A DNA stretch of 64,000 nucleotides from Anthoceros angustus (Eukaryota; Plantae; Anthocerotophyta): contig VJWM01000103.1 of the NCBI GenBank assembly GCA_010909165.1, positions 1,017,407-1,081,406 on the forward strand. The letters run 5' to 3'. Positions within the stretch are counted from its first letter, which is position 1. Each line of letters starts with the position of its first letter. This document shows positions 1-12,535 of the stretch, piece by piece. The notes beneath the pieces are model-generated. The model saw only the letters and a program-made list of their open reading frames with translations. It ran no database searches and was not told the origin of the DNA. The translations under genes were made by a program, and so were the position numbers.

Positions 1-218
1 TGATGAATTCCCTCGTAGTCCAGCAGAATGAGATCGATTGGCAATCACGTAAGTCAGCACCCATTCTGGATGGGATCCTCGCCTTCGTTTGCGGTGGAAT
101 GTTTCATGTGTGCAGCTCCAGGAGGGAACTTGGGAAATCCACTCAGCGACACCTGCATGTCGCTGCAAAAGCTGTTGTGCGGATTAGAAACGCAATGTAA
201 TGCAACTAGTGCCCAGCC

Positions 219-3200
219 ATGGCTCGGTCCTTCTTGAGAGCCATGGGTGGGTGGAGGCTGACAGGTGTTCACGGAAGAGCCCCCGCTTACCTGACTTCAC
301 GGAACAAGTCAATGGCAAACAATGAACCCGCGAGGTGCAGCACTTTCGGAAGCAAGCAAGCCCGTCCAAGAGGACAACAGATGGGTCCTCGTGCCCCTGA
401 CCCTCGCGGATTTGCAGGATATGAAAGGAGTGTGACGGCTGAAACCGTGAGCAAACTGTGTCAGCAGGGGCAACTCACTGAGGCCGTTGATGCTCTAGAA
501 GAGTTGGTGAACGCTGACGGTCGTACATCCACATCTCTCTTTTACACGGTCCTAAAAGAGTGTGTGGCTCAGAAGGATTTGCCTCTGGGTCGCCGTGTTC
601 ATGTTCTCACCGTGAAGAAGGGGTATGAGTGGGACACGTTCTTGTGCAACCACATTCTGCGAATGTATGCTTCCCATAAAAGGTTGCAGGAAGCTATGGA
701 TGTGTTCAGTACGGTCGCCAAACCAGATGCCTTCATGTGGTCTTCTATAATTTCTGCGCATGTTAAACACGGACAAGCTAAGCAGGCCATACAACTTTAT
801 CATCAGATGCGCAGGACAAGTGTGAAACCAGATGCCCATGTGTATGCAGCAGCCCTTCAGGCTTGTGCAAAGGGAGCAGACCTGAAATCTGGGCAGGAGG
901 TGCACGCTGATGTGCTGGCTAGTGGCATCGAGCATAGTTTGTTTGTTTCTAGTTGTTTAGTGGATATGTATGTGAAATGCGGCAGCTTGCAAGATGCTCG
1001 AAGAGTGTTTGATGGGATGGGGGAAAAAAACGTGGTGACTTGGAGTGCCATGATATCAGGATATTCCCAGCAGGCCATGGGGCAGGAAGCGCTTAGTCTC
1101 TACAGGGCTATGCAAGAAGAATGCATGGTTGCACCTGATTATGTGACGTTTGTGTGCCTCTTGCAGGCATGTGCAAGTGTGGGCACTCCGGCTTTGGAGA
1201 ATGGGAGGCAGTTTCATACGCAGATCAGAAACCGAAAACTTCAGGCTGATGTGGTTGTAGCCAACAGCTTAATAAACATGTATGCAAAGTGCGGCAGCGT
1301 ACAGGATGCTCGGCATGTGTTTGATGGACTTCGTGAAAAGGACGTGGTGACATGGAGTACCATGATAGCTGGATATTCCCAGCAGGGCATGGGGCAGGAC
1401 GCCCTGTCCGTCTACAGGGCTATGCAAGAAGAAGGCATCGTGGCACCCAATTCTGTGACCTTTGTGTGCCTCCTTCAGGCATGCGCAAGTTTGGGAACCT
1501 TGGCTCTTGAGAAGGGGAGGCAGGTTCATGCACAGATAAGAGAACGAGGGCTTCAATCTGATGTGTTTATAGCTAGCGGTTTGGTAGACATGTATGCAAA
1601 GTGTGGCAGCCTAGAGGAGGCTCGGGGTGTGTTTGATGCACTTGATCAAAAGAATGTGGTGACTTGGAGTGCTATGATAGCTGCATATTCCCAGCAGAGC
1701 ATGGGTCGGGAAGCCCTTGCTCTTTACAGAGCTATGCAAGAAGGAGGCTTGGCAGCACCCAACTCTGTAACATTTGTGTGCCTCCTGCAGGCATGTGGAA
1801 GTGTAGGCACCTGTGCATTGGAGCAGGGGAAGGAGCTTCATGCACAGATTAGGGGACGAAGGCTTCAGGATGATGTGTTTGTAGCCAATAGTTTGATAAA
1901 CATGTATGCCAAGTGTGGCAGCATAGAGGATGCTGAGAATGTGTTTGATGGACTTTGTCAGAAGGATGTTGTCACTTGGAATGTAATGATAGCAGGATAT
2001 TCCCAGATGGGCATGGGACTGGAAGCCCTTCAACTTCTCATGACAATGCAACAGACAGGCATGGCTGCACCAAATGCTGTGACATTTGTGTCCCTCCTGC
2101 AGGCGTGTTCAAGAGCGGGCAGTGCGGCTTTGGAGAAGGGGAGGCAGCTTCATGCACAAATTAGAGAAAGAGGACTTCAGGGTGATGCAGCTGTTGGTGG
2201 GAGTCTGGTAAACATGTATGCGAAGTGTGGCAGCCTAGAGGATGCTCAGGTCGTGTTTGACGGGCTTGTTCAAAAAAATGTGGGGACATGGAGTGCCATG
2301 ATAGCAGGGCATTCCCAGCGGGGCATGTGCGTGGAGGCCCTTCGTCTCTACAGGGCTATGCAAGAAGAAGGCATCGTGGCACCCAATTCTGTGACCTTTG
2401 TGTGCCTCCTGCAGGCATGTGCAAGTGTGGGCACCCTGGCTTTAGAGGAAGGTAGGCAGCTTCATGCACACATTAGAGAACGAGGGCTTCAATCTGATGT
2501 GTTTATAGCTAGCGGTTTGGTAGACATGTATGCAAAGTGTGTGGCAGCCTAGAGGACGCTCGTGGTGTGTTTGATGCACTTGATCAAAAGAATGTGGTGA
2601 CTTGGAGTGCTATGATAGCTGCATATTCCCAGCAGAGCATGGGTCAGGAAGCCCTTGCTCTTTACAGAGCTATGCAAGAAGGAGGCTTGGCAGCACCCAA
2701 CTCTGTAACATTTGTGTGCCTCCTGCAGGCATGTGGAAGTGTAGGCACCTGTGCATTGGAGCAGGGAAGGAGCTTCATGCACAAATTAGAGAACAGGGAC
2801 ATGAGGCTAATAACTCCATAGCCAACAGTTTGGTAAACATGTATGCAAAGTGCAGCAGCCTAGAGGATGCTGAGAATGTGTTTGATGGACTCGGTGAAAA
2901 AATGTGGTGACTTGGAGTGCTATGATAGCTGCATATTCCCAGCGGGGCATGTGCGTGGAGGCCCTTCGTCTCTACAGGGCTATGCAGGAAGAAGGCAGCA
3001 GTGTGCCCGATTCCTTGACATTCGTGTCCCTCCTGCAGGCATGTGCAAGTGTTGGAAGCCCAGCGCTAGAAAAGGGAAGGCAGCTTCATGCACAAATTAC
3101 AGAGCAAGGTCTTCAAGGTGATGTGATTGTAGCCAACAGCCTTGTGAACATGTATGCAAAGTGTGGCAGCCTAGAGGATGCTGAGAATGTGTTTGATGGA

Positions 3201-4859
3201 CTTTGTCAGAAGGATGTTGTCACTTGGAATGTAATGATAGCAGGGTATTCCCAGCAGGGTATGGGACGGGAAGCCCTTCGTCTTTACAGGAGTATGCATG
3301 AAGAAGGCGTGGATGCACCTGATTCTGTGGCGTTTGTGTGCCTCTTGCAGGCATGTGCAAGTGTGGGCACCCTGGCTTTAGAGGAAGGTAGGCAGCTTCA
3401 TGCACAAATTACAGAGCAAGGTCTTCAAGGTGATGTGATTGTAGCCAACAGCCTTGTGAACATGTATGCAAAGTGCAGCAGCCTAGAGGATGCTCAGAAT
3501 GTGTTTGATGGACTTTGTCAGAAGGATGTTGTCACTTGGAATGTAATGATAGCAGGATATTCCCAGCAGGGTATGGGACAGGAAGCCCTTCGTCTTTACA
3601 GGAGTATGCATGAAGAAGGCGTGGATGCACCTGATTCTGTGGCGTTTGTGTGCCTCTTGCAGGCATGTGCAAGTGTGGGCACCCTGGCTTTAGAGGAAGG
3701 TAGGCAGCTTCATGCACAAATTACAGAGCAAGGTCTTCAAGGTGATGTGATTGTAGCCAACAGCCTTGTGAACATGTATGCAAAGTGCAGCAGCCTAGAG
3801 GATGCTCAGGGCGTGTTTGACGGACTCACTCACAAAGACGTGGTGACGTGGAGTGCGATGATAGCAGGATATTCTCAGCAGGGTATGGGACAGGATGCCC
3901 TTCATCTTTACAGTGTTATGCAAGAAGAGGGCCTTGTTGCTCCCAATTCCGTGACATTTGTGTGCCTCCTTCAGGCATGTGCGAGTGTGGCAGCGTTGCA
4001 TCTGGGGAGGCAGCTTCATGTACAGATCAAGCACCAGAGGCTTGAAACTGATGTGCTTGTAGCAGGCAGTTTGATAAACATGTATGGAAAGTGTGGTAGC
4101 ATGGATGAGGCACAGCAGGTGTTTGAGGGATTGCCTGAAAGAGATACTATCACCTGGAATGCAGTAATTGCAGGATACATCCGTCAAGGAGACAGTGACA
4201 AGGTCTTTAGCTTGCTTCTGAGAATGAGAGAGGATGGCATACAGCCAAATGGCATCACGTTCCTTAGCATATTAACAGTATGCAGTCATGCAGGTCTAGT
4301 GCACAAGGGGCGAGAGTACTTTGAGTCCATGAGCAGACAGCATGGCATCACTCCCAAGGTGGACCACTACACATGCATGGTGGATCTGCTGGGTCGTGCA
4401 GGATATCTGGACGAGGCACTAGCTTTAGTACGGGCAATGCCTGTAACGCCTAATGCTGCAGTTTGGCATACGCTTTTGGGTGCATGTCGAAAGTGGAGCA
4501 ACGTGGAGGTCGGTCGCCATGCTTTCGATGAAGCTGTAAAGCTAGACGAGAAAGATGCGGCCGCATATGTGTTGATGTGCAGCATATACACTGATGCTGA
4601 GATGTGGGAGCAGGCTCACGACATGCAGGTGAGAAGAATAATGACCAGGGCATGGAAGCAGCCCGGCCAGAGCTGGTGGACAGACTTGGACGGAATGGTG
4701 CATAGTTTTGTCGTTGGGAATGAGAAGCATCCGGGTAGGATAAAGCTCTTGCCAAAAATGAAGGAAGGTCATGGGGTCGATCTGAGACAATTATCTGATG
4801 TTTGGAAGGAACATCATGTGTGTAGGAACGGCGAGGAGCTGGCTACAGCACGTGCCTGA
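219..4859 (+). CDS. PLS-class pentatricopeptide repeat protein (~12 PLS triplets, E/E+ and decayed DYW:WW domain); three frameshifts at ~2540, ~2765 and ~2900 (pseudogene or sequencing error)
   Basis: Repeated MYAKCGS..A..VFD...KDVVTW.AMIAGY...G..AL.LY..MQ motifs every ~312 nt across ORFs 219-2552, 2537-2821, 2602-2910 and 2904-4859. E-domain motifs HYTCMVDLLGRAG and VWHTLLGACR, then KQPGQSWWTD. N-terminus is transit-peptide-like. Confidence 0.93.
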
Positions 4860-5110
4860 AGAAGACACCCTAAAGGACCTCCACACTCGCTGTGACAAGT
4901 CTGCGGGTCTCGGTCCACTTTCACGCTGCCATGGTTTATCTATCGGAAGGAGGAAAGCGAACTATGTTATGCGTGGAATGCCATGATAGGAGGCCTCCGT
5001 ATTCCCTGCAGGGCATGGGGCAGGAGGCCCTCGATCAGGGCCATGCGAAACGAAGGAATCGTTGCTCCTGACTCTGTGACACATGTATGCCTTTCACACC
5101 AATGGGCATG
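4860..5110 (+). pseudogene. Out-of-frame DYW-domain remnant followed by a short PPR fragment
   Basis: An alternative frame reads LKKTP*RTSTLAVTSLRVSVHFHAAMVYLS..KRTM (cf. LI.TP.GT.IRV.KNLRVC.DCH.A...IS). It is followed by WNAMIGG and RAMRNEGIVAPDSVT pieces. Confidence 0.6.
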
Positions 5111-5923
5111 ATAGCAGGAAGCGCATCTCATCCCAGGCTCGATGTTCCATCTCTTCGGCGACCAGCTCGTTGGTCTGAAAATGTTTGCATAGTGGTGAAT
5201 TCTCTTCCCTGGTTTGTCATTTGCCCTAGTAAGACAGTGCCAGACATATTCCCAACACACATCCAGTTTGTACTGTATGTGCCCTAGCATTGAGCGACAC
5301 CGCCAGATGAAGGAGCGTGTTTGAATTTCCAAGAAGTCCGGCTGGCGGCTGGCAACGTATGCTCCCGGATCCCAGTCGCAATTGGAGTCCCGAGACTCCA
5401 GAGCGATCCTGGGGCTCTGCAGCGCGGGCCCGAGATTAGTAGTGTACATATGTATGTAGACCGGATGATCGAACTGAAAATGTCATTGGCATACCTGATT
5501 GGGCTGTTGCTTTATCACATACCAGCGATTTGGAGCAGTTGTATTCTTGCTTCTTCATCATCATCATCATCATCTTCTTCTTCCTCTCCTATTCAGACAT
5601 TCGGGGAAAGGCGTCTCTTGCATATTTATGTAAATATGCCTATATATGCCTCTATATGTACAGAAGGTGGGAGGTGCGGGTCACTTGTACCTTGTAAGGC
5701 AAGGCGGCTGTGTCGTCGTCTCACTGGGTCCTTGAGCGTCCACCAAATTAAAAGTTGGAAGGTGAAGATTCCGTGCCCAGGGTAGTCTATATCAATCAGC
5801 CCAGGCGGACCGGGTGAGCAAATAATTCACTGTACAGGAACTGGATGTTGAGCTGAGCTCAGGAGTATGGCGCATTTGAGAATGTAATTGCGGGGATGTG
5901 GAATCAGGTATATAAATGGGAAG

Positions 5924-7924
5924 ATGAAGGTGCGGCGTGCAGGCCTGGGGTGCAGGATCCGGATCCGGATCCGTTGCTGGATCACAGTAGTAGTAGTAGT
6001 ACTAGTAGTGGTGCTGTGGCTGTGTGTGGTTCCGGGATCGGGAGCCTGCAGTAGGGTCGGGCCCGAGGTGGTGGAGGTGCAGGAGCCGGCGTGGACGGCG
6101 TGGGCATGGCAGGAGGTGAGCGACGGGGTGGGCAAGGTGTTCCAGGTACAGATTGGGCAGGAGAAGTCTGTGTGGCCGGCGCTGGACTTGAGGGGGCCCA
6201 GGCTGGTGGCGGCGCTGGTGCTAAGCGCGGTGGGCGCCTGCCTGGCCGGCGCCGGAGGGGTTGGCGGGACCGGGCTCTACGTTCCGCTCTTGCACCTGCT
6301 GGTGGGATTCGACGCCAAGACGGCGACGGCGCTGTCCAGTGTCATGACTCTAGGAGGCAGCGTGTCCAACGTTTTGCTGACTCTGGGGCGGCCGCACCCG
6401 GACCCGGATCTGGACGGGGAGCCGCTCATAGATTTCAACGCGGCATTGCTGCTGCAGCCCAACATGTTGCTGGGGATCAGTCTGGGAGTGATTGCGAATG
6501 TCATGCTTCCCGCCTGGATGATCGTCGCGCTCGTGGCCTCCACGTTGGCCTACACGATGCACAGAAGCCTGCGGGAAGCCATGAGGTGCTGGGCGCAGGA
6601 GACGCTGTTGAAGCTGGGGCCTGGTTTAAATTTGTCGGAGTCCGTTAGCGTTGCCGGCCAGTCTGGCAGCAAGCTTAAGGATTCGGATCCAGAGGGCGGG
6701 GACCTGGACACGCCTTTGCTGGTGCCCTCGGGTGGCGAGGAAGAGGATCGCAATCGTACGGCTGGGCTCCCCTGGATTCCTGCAGAGCTTACTCGCGATC
6801 GCCCGATTCCCAAATTGTGTCCTGTGAAGAAGTTGGGGATGCTCGCTCTCGTGTGGTTCGTCTTCTTTGGCATTCAAGCGCTTCGAGGTCGCAGTTCTGG
6901 CCAGGTTAGATGTTCTTGTCCACACCTCCACTCGTACGTATGTACGTTGTGTGCATCCATGGTATAGCATGATGGCCAGCTGAGGACATGCAATATTAAT
7001 CTGCTGCATATATTCATATGCAGTGTGGCCCGGGATACTGGCTTTCCACAGCCTGTCTGCTGCCTGTCTCTTTGGGATTCACATCCTGGATTGGAAGTGC
7101 TGGCAGACAGGCCCCAGACACTAGTTCTAGTGACGCCGTGCACGTGGGTGATCAGGTACTACTGCTTTCCTTCGTTCTTGCTTGCAACTGCTCCGCTCGT
7201 TTGCACTACCACCTCTATTTCCTTACACTTTCCCTTAAAGTATACATCTGCTTTCGAATTTGGGCTCAAGTGTTTCACCCCTCCTTGCGGAAGGTACGAC
7301 AGGGTGGGATTCTGGTGACAGGGATGGCATTCCTTGGAGGACTGCTTGGAAGCATGTTGGGCTTTGGCGGAGGCATGATTGTCATTCCTCTTTTCCTGGA
7401 GATGGGGATGCCCCCGCAGGTGATTTTCCTCTCGCACTCTCGGATCTGGAGTGAACAATATTATGATCGGATGATTCACACTCTCATCACTTCTTCATTT
7501 CATATAGACCTATTTGATTTCACAAAGTTTTCCCTATACCGTCATAAGCTTACCGTGCACTCTTTTGTGTTGCCATGTTGAACAGGTGACTGGCGCCACG
7601 TGGTGTTTCATCACCTTCTTTTCCTCCTCCTTGTCCGTTGTCCAGTATTGGATGCTGGGCCGTATCCCAGTGGAGCATGCTCTTGTGTTTGCTGCCACTA
7701 GCTTTGTGGCTTCGGCGGTGCGGCAGATAGTTATAGAGCGTGTCGTCGTGCGATGTGGGAGGCCTTCTATTATCGCCTTCACCGTCTCGGCTGCTATGGG
7801 CCTGAGTGCCTTAACAATGGCAGGTTTTGGGGGCTATGATGTTGTCCAGCAATATCTTCGAGGCGAGTATATGGGCTTTCATCGACCTCGTTGCACCGTG
7901 GGCGTCACGACCTTGGCTGGCTGA
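5924..7924 (+). CDS. Sulfite exporter TauE/SafE family membrane protein, copy 1 (4 exons: ~5924-6904, 7024-7155, ~7271-7419, 7586-7924)
   Basis: AGGVGG.GLYVP, GFDAKTATALS, PLIDFNAALLLQPNMLLGISLGV, LGFGGGMIV.PLFLEMGMPPQ and QQYLRGEYMGF; GT-AG introns. Confidence 0.88.
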
Positions 7925-8051
7925 GCAGGTGCTGGGGGAGCTGCGACTTGAGGAGCTTATGGGTAACGTCACCGATCTTACGGCCCTGGGTCGTGGTCTT
8001 TCCTTTGAGCAGGTGATTATCATGGTAACGCAACCCCGAGACGTCCAAAGC

Positions 8052-8195
8052 GCTGGTGCACAAAGCTGTCAGAGAAAACAACGGGCGCGCATTGGGTTGT
8101 CGAAGCTGGTGCACAAAGCTGTATGAGAGAACAACGGACTCTGGGTTGTCGAAGCTGGTGCACAAAGCTGTCAGAAAGAAAGGACAACGGGCATG
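8052..8195. repeat. Three tandem ~52-nt copies containing gctggtgcacaaagctgt
   Basis: The motif recurs at ~8052, ~8105 and ~8155. Confidence 0.8.
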
Positions 8196-8569
8196 CTTTT
8201 ACTCTATATCAAATATCATATGTGTGTGTAGGATAAGACATCCTTTGTGTATACAGAGCTATTATTATTGAGGTATATATAGAGTTATTATTATTTAATA
8301 AAAAAAATAATGACAAGAAGCCCATCCACCAGGAGACAACCCAGGAGGACGGAGGGTCAAGATGAAAAGGAGCGACTAATAGCACTTTTAAATAATCAAC
8401 ATTAGAATGCAGAGAGGACACTAAGGGAGCATTAAAATATTGTATAGATATATATTTTTTAGAATAACAGTATTCATCATTAAAAATAGAGGTTTTTCCC
8501 ATGCACTCTTTTGGCATATGTCAAATTATACTATTAAATAAATATTATATGTCAAATAAAAATAAATTA

Positions 8570-9200
8570 ATAAAGTATCATTATAAACATATATTTGGTT
8601 GAAACTATAGATTAGTAAATATTGTATGGACTATGCTGTATAATGATTTGGTTGAAACAATATGAATTAGTAAATTAACGTATAAATATGTGGTGTGCAC
8701 CATTATGTTGTATTTATAAACATTTGGTTGAAACGAGATGGATGAGTAAAATGTCCTACGAACATGTCGTATAGTAAAATATAGTATGAATATCTCGTAT
8801 GTACTACAACATATTGGTCCATACGATATGTTCATACGATAATTCTTTCAACCAAATGATTATACAGTATAAATCATTTGATTGAAACGACATGGATGAG
8901 TAAAATGTCCTATGAACATGTCGTATAGTAAAATATAGTATGAATATCTAGTATGCACTATTATAACATATAATCATTTGGTTGAAAGAATTGTCGTATG
9001 AACATATCGTATGGACCAATATGTTGTATAATCATTTGATTGAAACTACATGGATGAGTAAATTGTTGTATGGACATATTATTTAGACCATTATGTTATA
9101 TAGATTAGTAAAGTGACGTATGATAGACCAATATGTTATATAATATTTGGTTGAGACTATAAAGATTAGGTAGCAAATATATTTGGTTGAGACTACAAAC
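8570..9200. repeat. AT-rich degenerate tandem array (atttggttgaaac / gtatggaccaatatgtt units) containing a 60-bp inverted repeat
   Basis: Repeated units are visible. 8805-8864 is the reverse complement of 8969-9028 with one mismatch. Confidence 0.75.
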
Positions 9201-10045
9201 AACGTCTGTGTAGAAAGGGGTTTCTCCTGTTAAAAGGGGTTTTGGTAAAAATCCCAACCCTATTTCGCTGAAAACTCAAATTGGTTTAGTTTTTGTTGTT
9301 TTTTGAAGGTGTTCATCCATCGGTTTCAGGGATTGACAGCTTCGGTGCCACTTCCTGTCAAAGTCATTTACACCGAGCTAGCGGCTTCTAATTTGGTTCA
9401 CGGCGATTTATTAGGCATGATGAAGGGTCAGTGACCTCTTTATTCCATTATTTCTGCATGTCCGTAGTTCCCTAATTTTGTGTGATTCTTTAAGATTTTG
9501 TATTCCAAGGGGAGCGGCGCAAGACGATACACAAGCAAACTTGCGACCGTGCAAAAAGAACGGGAAAAATGATCTTCTAATGGGAAAACATGTACCATCC
9601 ACTCATTTTAAATGTATTAAAAAGATCAAACATATCTTGGTTGCGACCAGATTGATACGCTGTTGACGGTGCTTCGTCAACACGAAGTGTTGCATTGCGG
9701 GGGTATCCGAGTCTTGGAAACCCGACTATCGTTCACGTGTCTCTAGATGTCAATTGCAAGTGGGATATCGATGGAGAGCTCTGGCATTATGATTGGCGGA
9801 TTTCAAGAAACATGGCGACGAAAAATGACTCCACGCAGCACTATATCTCCAAATATTGGGTTGCTCAAGATTTCCTCCTCCATGCTACAACTTATGGTGC
9901 CCACATCTTGAGGGCAGGACCTTGAAACATAGGCATCAAGCATGCAGCCTTTACGAGGGATAGCTTATTGGTGACAGTTTGCTACTAGTGACACCTATTG
10001 TCTGTGAGTGCAGCTGCCTAACCTTCAATAAGGCACCAGTGCTTG

Positions 10046-10212
10046 CACAGGCCTTCACAAGGCAAGCAAAAGTAACATGGCAAGCTAAAATCACCCCAAC
10101 CTGCTCCATTTGTCCACATCACAACAAGCACAGGCCTTCACAAGGCAAGCAAAAGTAACATGGCTAGCTAAAATCACCCCAACCTACTCCATTTGTCCAC
10201 ATCACAACAAGC
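10046..10212. repeat. Two tandem ~82-nt copies
   Basis: gcacaggccttcacaaggcaagcaaaagtaacatgg occurs twice. Confidence 0.85.
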
Positions 10213-10336
10213 ACCTCATGTTCGAGCCCTTGCTATGGATACCCAACGCTCAGGGCAATATTCCATGTCACCACATCCTTTGCGTTCATGCTTTCAAAAT
10301 CCTGTAAAAAACCTGGCGTGCATCCTCCAGTTCATA

Positions 10337-10700
10337 CATGGTTTTAGTTGTGTGTTGGTTGTGCATATGGCAAGGCCTCCTCGAGTTTGTAACAAGGAGA
10401 GCAGTAGAAGTTGGAAACCAAAGAAAGATGCTTCTCCTTCGTGTCAGCCTTCGCAGCCATGGTTTTAGTTGTGTGTTGGTTGTGCATTTGGCAAGGCCTC
10501 CTCGAGTTTGCTTAACAAGGAGAGCAGTAGAAGTTGGAAACCAAAGAAAGATGCTTCTCCTTCGTCACTGCAGCCATGGTTTTAGTTGTGTGTTGGTTGT
10601 GCATTTGGCAAGGCCTCCTCGAGTTTGCTTAACAAGGAGAGCAGTAGAAGTTGGAAACCAAAGAAAGATGCTTCTCCTTCGTGTCAGCCTTCGCAGCCAT
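10337..10700. repeat. Three tandem ~120-nt copies
   Basis: catggttttagttgtgtgttggttgtgcat...gatgcttctccttcgt occurs three times. Confidence 0.9.
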
Positions 10701-11039
10701 AGGAAAAGCTGCTTCGAAATTGGTGATCGAGAGATGAAGTGGGTTTCTATTTTTCTCTCTGACTATAGGAGGAATGTAGAACCAAGTGCGTTGGTATTTG
10801 TGAGTGCAAGAACAAAGCGAACCCACAAATAAATATTATTTTCATATTTTATTTTAATTTTTAATAAAAATAAATTATAATATAAAATATAGATATTATT
10901 TTATTTATTACTATATGCAGAAGTGGTAACAAGCCTAAACCCTCGTACCCTATGTTTGCGGTGTAGGGTTTGGGCAGTGGGTAGAAGGTCAAGTCACTCC
11001 TTCTGCGCAGGTCCGTGGGGCGCTGGCATAATCGCATTT

Positions 11040-11600
11040 ACCAGGATATTCCCAGAAGGGGATTTGTAGCTGTGCAAGACGGAGGCATGGCTGCACCGAA
11101 TTCTGCGACATTTTGCCTCCTGAAGGCGTGTGCAAGTGCAGGCACCTCGGCTTTGGGAATGGGAAGCAGGTTTATGCGCAAATTAGAGAAAAGGGCTTCA
11201 GACTGATTTGTTTGTAGCCAATAGCTTAGTGAACATGTTTGCACAGTGTGGCAGCATAGAGGATGCTCAGGATGTGTTTGACAGACTTCCCCGCAAAGGT
11301 GTGGTGACGTGGAATGCCATGACAGCAGGGTATTCCCGGCAAGGCATGGGGCTGGCAGCCCTCCATCTTTTTGACTGCTTTGCAACAAGACGGTTGGGCT
11401 GCACCAAATTCAATGGAGGCATTTGGGAGTGTAGGTACTGCAGCTTTGGGGTAGGGGAGGCAACTTCAAGCACAAATTAGAGAACAGGGCGCGCTTCGTC
11501 TTTACAGGGCTATATGCAAGGAGAAGACCTAATTGCACCCAATGCCGGGATATTTGTGTGCCTCCTTCACGTTTGCTCAAGTGTAGCAGGTATGCATATT
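11040..11600 (+). pseudogene. Decayed PLS-PPR fragment
   Basis: FVANSLVNMFAQCGSIEDAQDVFDRLPRKGVVTWNAMTAGYSRQGMG with indels, closely similar to the PPR at 219-4859. Confidence 0.85.
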
Positions 11601-12535
11601 GGAAGACAGCCTTATGCACTAACCAGGGAACAATGACTTGCCGCTGATGCACTTTTGAGGCAGTCTCTGGGAGAGGGTTTGAGGCACTCCCTGTGTTTTA
11701 TTTGATGTTGGATAATAGTAAAAAGAACTTCCCATCCCGGGCCCGAACGTGTCGTCTCATCCATCATGGCTCCTTGGCTTGGTCTGAACATGTTGGCTAC
11801 ACAGTAAACCCTAGTCTGGCTGCTGGCTGGGCTCGAGGTGAATTCCCGGGTTTGTCATTTGCCCTACGACAGACCAGCGCAGGACCATGTTTCCAAAGAA
11901 TCTGATGTCTCTACACAGGTTTGTGGACCTGTCAGTGTTGCACGGCTACTTAGGAGAGCGTGTGCATGGGATTTCCAAGAGGCCCGCGACTGGCTTTGGC
12001 AGCTTGTGCTGCCAGAGTCCCGTTCCCAACTCGAGCCCCAAGGGACATACATACCGTAAAAGGTAGTACGTACTGTAATAGGACTGGATATGCATAGCGG
12101 CATTTGGTTCAAATTTTGTTTTCAGGCATCCACGGACCAGGAGCCGGGCGTCAGTCTGTGGGCGGACGTCAGCCAGCAACTGCGAGTTGCACAAGCATGC
12201 AGAAGGCGACAATCACGCTCGGTTGCCATTGTGCCTCGGGCGCTGCGAGTCAGAGTGACAGGTAGGCAGATCTCGGGAGCACTCGGTATTCATCATCAAG
12301 CTGGCGGGCTCTATAGAGCTCGCAGCGAGGCTGTAAATTAGGAGCTCGTCAACCACTCTAGTCGGTTCTTGGACCAAGCCGGTGTTTCCGGTCGCGCCTG
12401 CTCGGGATCGCACAGCCTGCATACGCCGGGCGGGGTGTGCAAATTTCACAGGAAGTGGATGAGTTCAGAGGCTCAGGAGACAAATTTCCGCATCTGCGAG
12501 TTCGAATATAACTGGGTACGGAGGCAGATGTGAGG

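Noticed and set aside
4650-4990. DYW:KP (U-to-C editing) domain
   Set aside because: The sequence shows the SWW signature and lacks recognisable KP-type HAE or GRP/DRH endings.
10338-10832. 164-aa repetitive ORF
   Set aside because: It is a by-product of the 120-nt tandem repeat and has no recognisable domain.
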